A stretch of DNA of 64,000 nt, taken from positions 9,315,480-9,379,479 of the forward strand of contig CM121342.1 in assembly GCA_051530055.1 (NCBI GenBank), given 5' to 3'. The position numbers and the translations under genes are program-made. This DNA is from Neoechinorhynchus agilis. Its lineage: Eukaryota > Animalia > Acanthocephala. Under the pieces are notes generated by a model that had not been told where the DNA came from, made no database searches, and worked only from the letters and a program-made list of their open reading frames with translations. Below, piece by piece: positions 36,486 through 49,189 of this stretch. Each line of letters starts with the position of its first letter. The first letter of the stretch is position 1.

Positions 36486-38590
36486 GCAAAAGAGACTGAG
36501 CAACATCGAAGAGGTGCTGATCAATCAGGCAGCAGTTAATGAAATTGCTGCTAGAAGATAGACGAGAACAAAATACAGGAAGTAGGATGAAGATTTCAGG
36601 TTTCCGCAGTTTCTTTCCCGCGAAGGAAGAGTGGACGGAATACGAAACTCAATTGGGCAAAGATTTTGGGTACTGCGGGGTGACAGATGATGACGTTAAC
36701 CAGTCCTGCCTGCTGGCGTGGATGGATCAAGAGGTATTCGTAGCCCTGAGGAAGCACCTGAGCGCTGATTGCGAGTTTACAGAGATAACGAAAGCTCTTC
36801 GAGACATCTATAAGTCGGAGATTCACGAGATCGCAGCGCGTTACCGATTCTTCAACCGTCCAATGCATAAACCGGACGTGCCGGGAGTGGGTTGCTGATT
36901 TGGGGGAAGCTGCGGAAGGTTGTATGTTTTTCAAGAAAGAAGTAACGAACGAGCAGTCGGCGACCGATGTTTATATCCGCGACGCAATCATCATTAGCCC
37001 GCCACATGAAGAAGTGAGAAAAGCTGCGTTCAACAAGAAAGATCTCACTCTGAAAGATTTGTTGGAGATCACCGACACTTTCGAGAGCACGAAGGAAGCG
37101 ATGAAGATTATTATATCAGGGAACAGCGCACCGTTTTCGGACTCAGAGGTCAAAGCAGTAAGTACCTGGCCAAGGAAGCAGAGACAGTCTAAAAGTCGAA
37201 GAAGTACTGAGTCCCCGGAACGTTGGAGGATGAGATGTTTTCGATGTGGCAGGGACATCGTGAAGTGAAAAAATGTGGAGCAAAATCTATGAAATGTTTC
37301 AGATGCAACAAAATGGGACATTTGGCACGATGCTGCAAAGAGTTGAAAGATGTGAATCAAATAGTACTAAATTCGGATGATGATAGTGATACAATGCTTC
37401 GATGTATTCGGAGACCGAGAGGAAAGCAGAGAGCAGAGATGTCAGCTATTATCAATGGGTTGGCGATTACAATGGAGTTCGACACTGGGGCGGCGGAATC
37501 AATCATCACCAGAGCAACTTGTAGGAGCTGGGTGAGCCCCCTCTGAAGGAGGCGTCAAAGATCAGAGCGTTTGGGGAACGAGGATCGAGACGCTTGGCTC
37601 TTGCGTCTTGCAAGTGAGAGTGGGCCGGAAATTGAAGAATTTGGAGGTGATTGGGATTACTGGAATAGAACGCCCAATTTTCGGGCTACCATGGATGTCA
37701 GCATTTGGTTTGAAAATACCGGAAGCTCGAATCGTTGCAGTCAACCAGATTCAAGAAAACGATGCCAAGGCACGTTCGATAGGTTCCAGAATCTAAGAGC
37801 AGTTCCCGGCACCCTTCGATGGCCACACAGCAGCTGTGAAGGGGTTCGTGGCCGGTTTTGCTTCATTATCTAATATTCAGGGCAGTATTCATAAGACAGC
37901 CGTTCGCATTACATCAAGCTCTAGAGGAAGAATTAGAAAGATTGGTTAAAGACGATATTTTGGTTCCGGTCGATGCGGTGAAAGATGATCTGACATGGGC
38001 CACGCCGATTGTAATCGTGAGAAAAGCCAATGGGAGGATCAGGATATGTGGCGACTTCAGAATCACCTTAAACAAATATCAAAGACTGGACCCGCTGCAA
38101 ATACCTACATTTGAGGAGGTGACTCAAAAGTTAGCTAGCTCCGGCTGGTATAGCTCAATTGATTTAAAGGATGCCTGCCTTTAGATTCCGGTGGATGAGC
38201 AAACCAGCAGGATGCTCACGATTTGTACTCCGTTCGGATATTTTAGATACAGGAGGATGCCCCTGGGAAATTCTACCGCACCCGGAATCTTTCAGAGATA
38301 TATTAGCAAGGTTCTCAAAGGAATCCCCAATACAGCAGCATATCTAGATGATATTATCATTGCTACAAAAACACTAGACGAACACGAAACATGTTTGAAG
38401 CAAGTGCTTGGACGTTTGGAAGATGAAGGTATTCGGGTTCAAGGAGGAAAGTGCGTTTTTGCTGTTAAGGAAATTCGTTATTTGGGCCATGTCATCTCCG
38501 AAAACAGGATAACAACCATTCACGACAGAACGAAAGCGTTGACAGAAGCTTCGCCGCCTAAAAACGCGAAGGAGCTGAGGAGTTTTCCTA
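36468..38590 (+). mobile_element. Mag-like Ty3/gypsy 5' part (gag, protease, RT), degenerate
   Basis: CFRCGR..H / CFRCNKMGHLARCC; FDTGA; RICGDF; YLDDIII; PPKNAKELRSF. Confidence 0.9.
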
Positions 38591-38599
38591 GCATTGGGT

Positions 38600-40175
38600 G
38601 GATGATGGGTTGTAGGTTCTGAGAGGTATGTCATTGGAGGTGATATCGTTTGGCCACCTCCCGTACCATCTCGATCACCTTTCGAGGGTCAGTATTCACG
38701 GCTGTATGAGTGCCTAACTTATCATCAAAAAACCGACTATATTTCCCGCCATCACTCACATTATAGGTCGAATTATCCGTGGTGCCTTCGTCGTCCTCGT
38801 CGTCGCATTCATCTCCGCTGCTCATATCGTCAACAAGTGCGGAATTTGTTGCAGTTGCCACGTTAGCGACCGCAGCAGCCATAACAGCAGCAGCATTGCT
38901 TGGATCAATTTTACAATTGGATAAGTGATTGACCCATCGATTGGCCAAATGTTCTTGTTTGCACAACAATTTCAGATCGGCGATCAGTGCAGATTCCATT
39001 AGGCTTCGACGAGTCGTCCATTGATGTGGATCAAGTTCGGCGTTGTGCGCCGAAAACAACACACGCCTTGATCAAGCATTGTTTTCATACAAAACTCGAG
39101 ATACTGTTCAGCCCAAAGTTTGCCGGGACCATGCGGACCACATGATGCACATCCCGGTTCATTTTGAGCCATCACGTGTTCGTAATCAATCGAACACTGT
39201 CCTGAAATAACTCGCTCAAGAAGGGATTTCCTGCGCTTAACCTCAAAAATATCGCGTTCGTGAACATGACGTAGAAATAAGATTATATTCTGTAAGGCGG
39301 CAATAAATTCCTCACTGGGTTCCGTGGGTCTGTTTTCCATTTTCTCTAGCAAGCCATCAGTATAGTGTACAAGAGCAGGTGCAATCTTCACTCCACTAGT
39401 GCAGACAGCTTCTGTGAAAGCATCGTTAACACAATGATGCATATCCGTGTCTGAATCAAAGAGTACGTCTACATAAGCCCGATGCTCAAACTCAAGAGAA
39501 AGAAGGTCACAAATGAGTTCAAAGTAATCCGATGGCCTCTGAATCTTCTGAATGAGTTGAATCGCCATCTTGGCTAGACATTTTCTGTAGTGATTTCGAA
39601 ACATTATCTGGCCTTCTTCACAAGCCTTCATGTGGGTGTAAAGAACGCTGAGACCTTCCTTATTTTGGTTGGCTAATAATACTTTCACGGCCTTCCCGAG
39701 TTGCTGGGCCCGATTGCAGATCATGCTCGTTTCAATGGTGTTCAGTAATCGGACTCTATAAGATTCATCAAAGTATTTTGTTACCAATTCGTTTTCCACC
39801 ATAAGCATTTCTTTCACCATGCTTAAATATTCTATCGGGTGGGACTCAATCGCACCATTCTCTGAACACTTATCGGCAATCGCTCTCGTGAAAGCAACAT
39901 ATAGATCCATAAATACTTGCATTTGTCCCGACTGTTTAACCAACAAAAGCAGCATTGTTTGCCTCTCGCTCCAAACGATCAAATGTCCTTTTAAGCGTTA
40001 TAAACTGACTTCGAAAATTCTTTAAACACTCTTGTTATCCTCGTTAAACTATCGATAGATTCATCGCAAGTGGTTGGAAACACATTCCTGATTGCCCAAG
40101 CGGCTGCCTCGTCCAATAGCTTCTTGAGCAACGAATATGCGTCGTAAATTACATTCGGTCTGCAATACTCGCAAA
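38600..40175 (-). pseudogene. Divergent cullin-like gene, frameshifted and truncated
   Basis: IEYLSMVKEMLMVENELVTKYF (cullin repeat), LRHVHERDIFEVKRRKSLLERVISGQCSIDYEHVM (like KDVFE..Y...LAKRLL...S.D.E..M), then in another frame LMESALIADLK. The upstream frame gives TLKRTFDRLER. Confidence 0.85.
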
Positions 40176-40670
40176 TCTTGTCCACTAAGTGCGATGGGCC
40201 TCAGAAGCTTGCCATTGTAGAAGTTTTAAAATAAGGGTTATCCATGGAGGGTCGCGGTTGGAGATCCTGATGAATTTCTTGGGAATTGCCGAAGCTAGGG
40301 AATTTTCTATGATTGAGGTTAGGGAGGACAAGGCCAAGGAAGGGTCATTTGTGTTGTCAAAGTGGGACATCCGTTAGAGTTGAATAATTTTATAAAATTT
40401 TGGATGTGATGATCACGTTTATCCCAGACGGGAAAACGGGGAGATTTCATACGCAGAGGTGGGGTAGCGGGAGTGATAGGGACAGATGAATGGTCAGAAT
40501 TCACGGGGGGAGGCAGTTTAGAGGCGGATGAGTAGGCGTCGATATTTGTGAACACTTTGTCGGGTTCAGCGTCAAGACGAGTTGGGAAGTCAATTAGTTG
40601 ACGCAACTCGGAGAAGGGTAGAAGAGAAAATAGATTATTTAAGTCGCCTGCAATTGAGAAATGGTGCGAA
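40176..40670 (-). mobile_element. LINE APE endonuclease fragment
   Basis: AGDLNN..QLIDFPTR..DKVFTN..SDHSSV..DPPWIT. Confidence 0.8.
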
Positions 40671-42040
40671 TTTGCAGTTCCGCTGCATTTTTCCAGGTTT
40701 CGTCTCTAAGCTTCGCCTCAATTGGCTAGTTCTGCCGACTGGGTCACGAAGTCATTAAAATGGACAAGGCTTAATGTTCCAGTTACTTTAGAGCGATAAT
40801 TAATTTCCGTAACTCTTTGCCCGTGTCACGGTGCCTCTTCACGGTTAAATTTTTTATAAGGTATGGAGAATTGTATGGATGGGTTTCTCTTAGACTTGTC
40901 ATAAAGTCCGCATCCTGAATTGTAATTCCCACCATTCGAAATCTTTTTGGAGCCAGAGTTAAAGAAACTCAATTCTGAATTGAAATGTGATGGCATAGCC
41001 ATAATTGAACATTTGAAAAAATTAGATCTCTCTGAAACTGAAATGGTGGCTATGGATACCCGGATTTATCGGATCGGAATACTTAATCACAGAAAACGAA
41101 GCTTGATGGCTCATCTTGAGTCTAAACGGGATCGGCAACTTCACGAAAGGTCCATTAGATCGTTGGCAAGGCAATCACTAACAATACAACGGTGAATCTG
41201 TGGCTACAGTTACTTGAAGTACGCTCGGTCATGGCAAGGGTCGATAATCGCTGTAGTTAGATATACCGGAAGCCAGACGCAGAAGTTGTTTTAAATAGCG
41301 TACATTATGATGAAAAGAACAACTATTCCAACAAGTCCTGATATTAGTTGATTCCAGAAACAAGACTGCGACTATTATTGATTTTACGATTAATTATGAA
41401 ACCGATGAAAAATTGGGAAGCGTAAACACAATGAGACAAAAAGAGACAAAATATGAAGTGATAAGGAAATCAGCTGCATCAAAACAACGTGGATGAGACA
41501 TTGCCATAATATTTCGAAAATATTAGGCTTTTAAGGATCTGATATTTTCACAGGAGTAATGAAATGGAAGACATGCTGAATGCAATTAATGACTTAAAAG
41601 CACAGTGCGTCCCATTTTAGTTTTAAGAAGACGATGAAAATCAAGCAGATTTTTATCGGAAGATATGGGGGAGAATCGATGGTGGAACAACGATGCATGC
41701 AGTTGTAGGCCGATCGGTCCTAATTGGAAGTAATTTCATCGATAATCAAGAATGACTATTCACTCAACGACGTTATATGGAGCAGAATTAAACCGAATGT
41801 TAGCTTCAAGCTTAGCTGCTGATGAGTTGAAAAATAATAGCCTTTAATTGTTTCCTAAAACAAGATTACCCGAGGTTATACTTAGCCAAATTAATCACCA
41901 AAAACTAAGGCTGAAGATATCATTCAATCCACGTAAAACACCCGACGAGAGGAATACTTTGAATGAAATAAAGACAATAATGTTCGATGAATTTATTGTG
42001 TCTTTGATTTCAATCGAGGGGGGAATTCCAATTTATTGAT

Positions 42041-42301
42041 AGTTGCAACCGTATTAACGTCCCCGATGACTGATTTATTTGTACGAATTTTCGTCTGCAT
42101 GCATTCCCCAAGCTGGAAGCTGAAGATTCCATACAAACTAAGACCTGCTCAGGGGGGTGACAGATCACCCGCGGGCCTAACAACCCCGGGCACCCGAGTT
42201 CTGCCCAAGGTACACTCACCATGTACTATTCCAGATACCGCATGCAGGCGAAAATTCGTACAAATAATTCAGTCATCGGGGAGGTTAATAAGGTTGCAAC
42301 T
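42041..42301. mobile_element. MITE-like foldback element with 62-bp terminal inverted repeats
   Basis: 42041-42102 versus the reverse complement of 42240-42301 shows about 4 mismatches. No clear TSD. Confidence 0.75.
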
Positions 42302-42399
42302 TTTTTTTTTTAAAAGCTAGATTTTTTTTTGAAAGCAGCCTCTCGGAGGCAGTATTGTTTTCTATTTGGTTACTTTTCTTTACATTCACCACCTCCCAC

Positions 42400-42700
42400 C
42401 AAATTCCAGCTTTTGTCCTTCCTCGACCGTCGCCATCACGCTGGCAGCATTGCCCCGTTGTACTGCCAGCGAGATATTTTGTCGAAGAAATAAGCCTGCT
42501 CTTGAGTCTCCGGTTGCCCCTCTCAATTTCTTCGAGAGATCCTTGAGCAGAGAGAGTGCCGAGCTGCCGAGCGCTCCATACGTCTCTACCCCAAAGGGGA
42601 CAAAATAGTGAGCCCTCGATAGCTGCATATATTTTCGTACCTTCCTCCCTTCCGCTGCACTGGCGGCACCACCGGCGATTTCGAGGGAGTAGGGGATCAA
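42400..42700 (-). mobile_element. CRE-like RLE C-terminal fragment (same young subfamily)
   Basis: YFVPFGVETYGALG..QNISLAVQRGNAASV. Overlaps in sequence with 49190-49350. Confidence 0.85.
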
Positions 42701-43989
42701 TAAAATGAATTTATTGGTGAAATTCGCGTGCTCGTAGTACAAAGTATGCTAACGAGCATTGATCAACACAATTTTCTATTTATTGGTTTTGCCATCCGAA
42801 TTTAAATTAACTGATTTATTTCCAATATTTCGTCTTATAATTTCGACATAACCAAGGTTTGTCATTGATTCGCAACTAGTAAGCGAACTGCAGCGCAATC
42901 CGAATTTGAGTAATGCCACGAGACCAGTAGTCAGATAAAATAGCGGCATGACGTCGAGCTAAGATCATAAAATTCCAAATAGAAAACAAGCAAAATGTAA
43001 CCAGCCCCTTCATCCGGTTTGTAGATTGCTTGTTTTGAAAACCAGCATCTTTGAAAAATCGACACAATCTTCAAGAACAGCACATTCCTAAATTTTAGTA
43101 AACTCTCTTTTCTTAGCGAGAAACAGTTTTTATGATTAAAATTCCTAATTAAATCTAAATACGTCACATAACTCATTGGTGTGATTCTTTCATGTTTTGG
43201 TGAAATGAATGTACACGCCAAGAAAGCACTCGACATCACGCGTTGCAGTCGTTGCTCTGAATTTCCGTTTCATTGAGCAGTGTAGTTGCTTTGACCTACT
43301 TGAGGGATTCTGCGGATTTGGAGCGTGGTGAAAAGGTTGGTACTTGAAAAGCGTAATGCGGCGCAGTTTGAATGGAATTCAGTTTGATATTCGACGGGAG
43401 CCATCATTGTAACGGTTTTTTTGTCGGATCGCTGTTACATCATCGTGGAAATCGTTTTTTGACTATTTGTTCTCATTAACATTTGCACTTTATCTGTTTC
43501 ATCCGAATCAAAGATTCTCGTAGTTGACCTGCTTTAGGCGAAATATAGCTTCATTCTGGAGTTTTTGTTTATTTCTGCCACGCACACGCGTCTATTTCGT
43601 GTGCAGGAATTCTTGAGACTTGAACATTCGAGTTATAGTAAATAATTACGACCATAAATGATTCGCGCTTTGTGTTCGCCTTCATTGTCATTTCATAGCA
43701 TCTAACTATTCTTATTCTTAACTCCGGTTACTTCGTCCAATATTCTCATGGTGCTACTTCCCAAATCTATCGGAACCATCGGCCTTGGACGAATTTCTGT
43801 GACCGCCACAATGCACCGATTTCCTGGCACTATCTTGAGCTTCTGCATCAACATCGCCTTCTAAAACTACATTCAATTGACTTTCTTAGATATAAAAGTC
43901 GTATTCAGCTGGCTCATTCCACCACTCATAAATCCCGACATGACTGTTGATTACATTATCTTCACCTTCCTTAAGGTTACTCTTTATTG

Positions 43990-45110
43990 TCATGGAGCTC
44001 TGCTTTCTCCGGGCTGTTAACAAACATTCTTAAATTTCGGCTTCCAACTCCCGTTTGTATGAATGGGAGACTTCCACCTTCAGAAGTGGTTCCTTTGATT
44101 TTCTTTTACGCGATTGTGCGCCATGGCATTTGCCGATTATCAACAAAGCGCGAGCCGATTGTTACGCCCGGTGATTTCCCAACGAATTTCTTAGTCGTGT
44201 GCTCTCTCCCAGGTGCTTCAATTTCGCCAGTAGCGTCCTGGGATTGCGCCATTTTCCTAACGTTTTTATTTATTTGGTCAATAAAAGCCTTTATTTCAGT
44301 GAGGTTCGAACACGTGTTTCCAACTGGATTTATTTCGTGAGCTGCGAATTGGTTTTTATAACGCTAATCCGCATGCACCTTCGTGGAATTCAGCAATCTG
44401 GTTGGACCAGTTGCTCCGAGTGTTATTTGTTGTGGGTTGAAATTTGTAATCTGATTTCCAAAATAGGTGTTCACCATTGGAGCATTCACGTTTGCTGGAA
44501 AGTTTGTATTGTGTATTCCCATTCCACTATTCATTTTTGGTCGATGCGGGCCATAACCAAATTGGATGTTTAATGGTAAGTTGGGGTATAACGTTATTTT
44601 TGTACTGAAATGCAAATTGTTGTCCAGGACCATTTTATTGGATGTTTCCGTGATATATTTGTGTTCGTAGGCTCCATTGCATGTAGCTCATCGCAAATGT
44701 AACTTTATATCTGATTTGAGGCAGTTAATTGTATATATTTGGCGGATACGAATTTGGGACGAGCAGGGAATGTCTCTCGTGCTTATCAGTGTAGCCTGTC
44801 GTCCCCTTGCCTCATTCTTATCTACCGTTTGAACCCGAGGTCGTTTTGTTTGGCGTTCCTTTGTGTTGTTCGGATCGTACATTAAAAAGGATTCTCTACT
44901 TACTGTAGTGCTAACGACTCTTACAAATTAATGCTGGTGGGATAAAGTGTTCCTTATCAAGTTCTAAAATTAAGATATCATTCAGATTTTCTGAAATGAT
45001 TAGTGGCGATGCTCACCTTCATCTGATCGATTTCTCTTCTCACGGTCATTGCTGCAAAATATGGAACGTTACTGATCATCCATTGATGGATTTGTTGTAA
45101 CGTGTAAGCT
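43990..45110 (-). pseudogene. foxo: FoxO-like forkhead gene, copy A (intron retained, nonsense mutation)
   Basis: TLQQIHQWMISNVPYF...QMK | 53-nt GT-AG intron 45016-44964 | NLIRNTLSHQH*FVRV...ESFLMYDP...KRPRVQTVD. The phase-0 intron matches the FoxO WK|NS position, and an RxRxxT Akt-type site follows the domain. TAA at 44928-44930. Confidence 0.85.
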
Positions 45111-45252
45111 CTTCTTAGGTATAATTCATTTTTATTTCCAAAACCAAAAAAACACGCAACACACACACCAAAACCCCTTTTAACTTAAACACGCATCCTA
45201 CATAACGCGTAACGTATCGACCTCTTAACATAACGTTAAGCGTTTCTCCCTC

Positions 45253-47447
45253 GAAGTTGTAATGACTCCAAAGTAAAGAATTTATCTGACTACTTATTAA
45301 ATGGTTCATCAGTTCGTTTATCTGGTGCTTTTTGACCTTTCGAATTATATGGAAGTGTCGGACGAACAGTTGTCTGAACAGGCCAAATGGCTAGCATGGG
45401 AACTGGCGCCTTTTAACGTATCAGATAGATAGTGCATTACTTCAGTAGCTGCAATATCCGAAGCTGCTAAAAGATAATGAGTACTTCCATGAGACGGTTG
45501 GTTCCAAATTTCACAGAAATTTACTGGAGAAGTACGCTTGCATGGTTTAAAACTTGTGTTGGAGCATTTTATTTGCTTGTTCAGAATATCGCTCTTATCT
45601 TCATTTGTTTCTTTAATTGAGCGAACATGAACGCTTGTACTTTATAAAATTTGTATGGACAGAACTTAGAATTATACAATTAACCGTTTGTCCCTGAAAT
45701 TTAACACTTTCCATTGCAATTAACGCATTGAAAATCGAGGTAAATTGCCCAAGCACAAAATAACTACTTTCTAAGAACAATAAATCCGCATTGTATGATC
45801 ATAGTAGGTTGAATTATCTACGAACATTTTGTTGAAAATTTCCTTGATGTATTTGGGCTGGTTGATTCCATGGAGTGTAATTCATCGCAAATGTTATTTT
45901 GTTTGCCTCAGGGTTATACGTGTGATCTCTGATAGAAGGCTGTTGATTGCGTTCGTTGCGCAGATATGAATATTGTGCAGCTTTCTTTATAACATGGCTT
46001 TCGGTTGTAAAGGGATTGGGAATGTATCTATTTCTTGTCTGTGTAGCCCGCCGTCCTCTTCCCAGTCTACGCCGGCGATTTACCTGTCCACTGTAAGGTC
46101 TTTTTTGCTAGGCTTTTCTTTATGTTGTTTTCAACATACGTTCAATAGAATGCTTTACATCCTATGATTCTCATAAATCCTACGAATTCATGATGGACAT
46201 AAACTGTGCCAAATCGATTTCTTTTTTCACGTTTAGTAATACAATATATGGAACGTTATTGATCATCCATCGAAAAATTCGTCGCAACATTAAGCGTTGC
46301 TCCCTGCATGTTGTAATCGTCCTCTGAACATCATTAAATTTTAGTTTGCCCCTTATATTAGGTTTATTTTTTAGCCATAAAACCAAACCAATTACATCAG
46401 AGAAGTGATATAACACCATAGTCTCTAATGCACAGTTAAATGTTTGTACATTCTTTTTTGACTTGTGGGGAAGATAATCCCGGTTAAAAATCATTTTATT
46501 GTTCTGGAATATTTCGCGAGGAAACCTCGCCTTATCAATCATTGTTTATCCGGATTCTCAGATACCTCTAGGAGGCGGGATTCATCTGTGAGTTTCCACC
46601 CTTCGGCGGTATTTCGTCTCCTTCGGTTGTGCGTCATTGGCGGTAACGGATTCGAACCAGCTGACCCTTAACTGGGATCAATGTGAGTTTCCTACCACAA
46701 ACCGGCTTGCCAGTAAAAACCTTAAAATATGAGTCTGAACGGTGATTTACTATCCAGCAGTAGTATTCGCGTATCCTACCGGTATTCCATATCTTGAATT
46801 TTAGGTGTGATCCGGAACGTAACGGTTGACTGCTTATCCAAAAGCAGTATCTGTGATCATAGTCTGCGTTGTATTATTAGTCAGTTGAATGTCTCTAAAA
46901 TTATCGAAGTTCTGCAAATTGTCCAGTCGATCAAGATTATTCACCGAAGCAGTTTGCTTCTTTAAATTTGACAGTGTTACAAAGATCAAGGATCAACGTG
47001 AATAGACGATCTTCACTTTTTGAGGGCCGATTATATACTCCTGGATGCATTGTGGAAACATTGACACCTAATCCAAGTGAGATGAGTTCAAGTGATCTTA
47101 CTCGAAGTTAATATTTTATGGGAGCGTCAATAGATGATAATTGGCAGGATACGATGTTATTGAACATTAGATAATTCGGATAAATTTAAAATTACAGGAA
47201 TTTGGTTTCGAGTATTCATCGAAGATACTCAGTTTCTGCGGTTGTTTTTAATTTATCAATAAATGCAAACGTTGACACTTGTCGGATTAAATATTCCTGC
47301 TCGTCTAAATGTTTTAAAAGATGGGTTGGTTCCTCATCGAATGTTGGTCTGCACGATATAGAAGTTCAACAAGTAAGTTGTTGTTTTGTTCTCTGGAAAA
47401 TGTCTATATTAAAACCCTTATTGTCATATATCATTGTCCTCGGGGTG
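45253..47447. repeat. Segmental duplication copy 1 (of 61634-64000)
   Basis: Near-identical sequence; copy 1 lacks ~22 bp and ~150 bp present in copy 2. Confidence 0.95.
45800..46323 (-). pseudogene. foxo: FoxO-like copy B (internal deletions)
   Basis: RTITTCREQRLMLRRIFRWMINNVPY resembles KAIESSPEKRLTLSQIYEWMVKSVPY. The intron/helix-3 start is deleted; downstream blocks align to copy A. Confidence 0.75.
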
Positions 47448-48758
47448 AATTTGATTGTACGTTGGCGAATCCTGTCCCCGGTGTTTTCGTTACTCATTTA
47501 TTTTAGAAATATTTCGCAAGGTTTCCCTGTCTCTTCAGTCTATCTAAAATGGAGGACATAGACAGCATGTACAGCCGGTCACGTCTGGATGTAGCTCAGA
47601 TCCGCGGGTTTGCTAATACCAGAAGTGTGGGGAGTTCCATCCGCACACACCTCTTGCGGTTTGTTGCCGACTAATTTGCCCGTTATGCTACGCAACTTTG
47701 GTAGCACCAGCGTGTGGTTTGATCTATTGCCTTCCATCGTCGGATTTCCCCGGATGTGAATGGCCTCAAGAATCAGTCTTCCTCTAAGATCCGGTTCGCT
47801 GGTTATGAATCTCGCCTTTTCAAAATCCGCCTTGTGCTGGATTGTTTGCTGGTGGTTCGAGATTGCTGAGGATTTGTCGAATTTCCTGCAAGCTTGTTTA
47901 TGTTGCGAAATCCGTTTCCTGATCCCTTGCATGGTTTGTCGAATGTAAACCGTTGGGCATTCTGCACATGGGATTTTGTATATCCCTGATTTGGTCTCTT
48001 GCTTGGTTTTCCTCTTGAGAATGCCCGCAATGGATGCGTCCATTTGTTGTAAATCAAAAGATTTGGAGCGAGGTATTTGAGGCGCCTCAGTTTTTCGGTC
48101 GCGTTGTCACTTATGTGGTTAAAGCCAGTTTATTTGAGGGAGATGCTTGCGGTAGCGCAGACCGCGGGAGCCACTCTGCTCACCGCAGCCAACTGCTGTA
48201 TTTTGGTACGCATACTGTTGTAGTGCATAGCAGTTTCGATAATGTCGCCAAAACATAGCCCACGGGCCGTTACACAATATTGATCGAACGCCGTTGAAAT
48301 GGCCAATACACTAATGGCTGAGGAAAACAAAGCTAATCGAAAACAGTCAGGGGTATCGACTGCAGCCATATATGACGCTGCCAACTTAATATCCTCGTCC
48401 GATGCATCCCTCACCAAGCCAAGTAAGTGAAGAAAAGAATTGCCAAAATGTGGCTTCGGCCACTCAAGGACGGAGACTTCCAATGTACCAGTAAATCCTC
48501 CAACCCGACTGGTGCCGGGTGGGACCCCAACGGGCAAAGACAGACGCTGCTCGATGGAAACCAGCAATTGCAGCGGAGAATTCGCGACGCATTGACATCA
48601 GCCTTATTATTGTCTAGCTATGCATGACGGAGTGTTCGGCATGACGCTACTTATGAGTGCATTGATTCTACGGGCCAAACGACAAGGAAAACCTTGCGAA
48701 ATATTTCTAAAATAAGTGAGTAACGAAAACACCGGGGACAGGATTCGCCAACGCACAA
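47423..48758 (-). mobile_element. Penelope-like insertion (family C) with inverted partial pLTR, 13-bp TSD and non-PLE internal segment
   Basis: TSD TAAAACCCTTATT at 47410-47422 and 48759-48771; GIY-YIG 47579-48043; inverted pLTR 48681-48758; unrelated sequence 48155-48680. Confidence 0.9.
47504..47542 (-). ncRNA. Minimal type I hammerhead (PLE family C), intact core
   Basis: TAGA-CTGAAGA-GACAGG-GAAA-CCTTGC-GAAA-TA-T-T-TCTA; stem II is partly mutated. Confidence 0.75.
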
Positions 48759-49189
48759 TAAAACCCTTATTTTCAACAATTCCGTAAATCGAAAATTGTT
48801 TATAAAACCATTTCGAGACCGATGACGCCACCGTTATTATCAGTTGTTTTCGGATAGATTTGCGCCGGGCCGTTCTCGGCGATGGCATCGGCATTTCGAA
48901 GTATAAATTTCGTTAAATCTTCAAGTTCCCGGTTGGAATCGCTTATCATTCGATTTGGTTCGACCATTTCTTGCTCCTTAGACTGTGTAGAAACTATTCA
49001 GGGACACTGTTTCTGAGCGTTTGTTTAGTTTGTAGCCATTGACAATGAGGATTCCGCAATGTTCAAAGGTGCTGTTCTCAGCAAACGGGCAAATATTTTA
49101 TCGAAATTTACCGGTTCTATACTTCGAGTTGAAGGCACTGAAGGAAATGACACTCCTAAACTCATTAGAAACAATGGAATCGATTCGAT

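Noticed and set aside
44928-44930. Idea that in-frame TAA/TAG codons reflect stop-codon reassignment
   Set aside because: The paralogous position is GAA in copy B. TGA stops are also scattered through decayed TEs, and the intact 1102-codon pol ORF has no internal TAA/TAG.
46638-46679. tRNA-like or PBS-like TGGCGGTAACGGATTCGAACC with an adjacent 7-nt-loop hairpin (also 63191-63232)
   Set aside because: Spacing fits neither a tRNA cloverleaf nor a CCA-terminated 3' end, and no LTR element follows. It may be coding sequence upstream of the FoxO relic.
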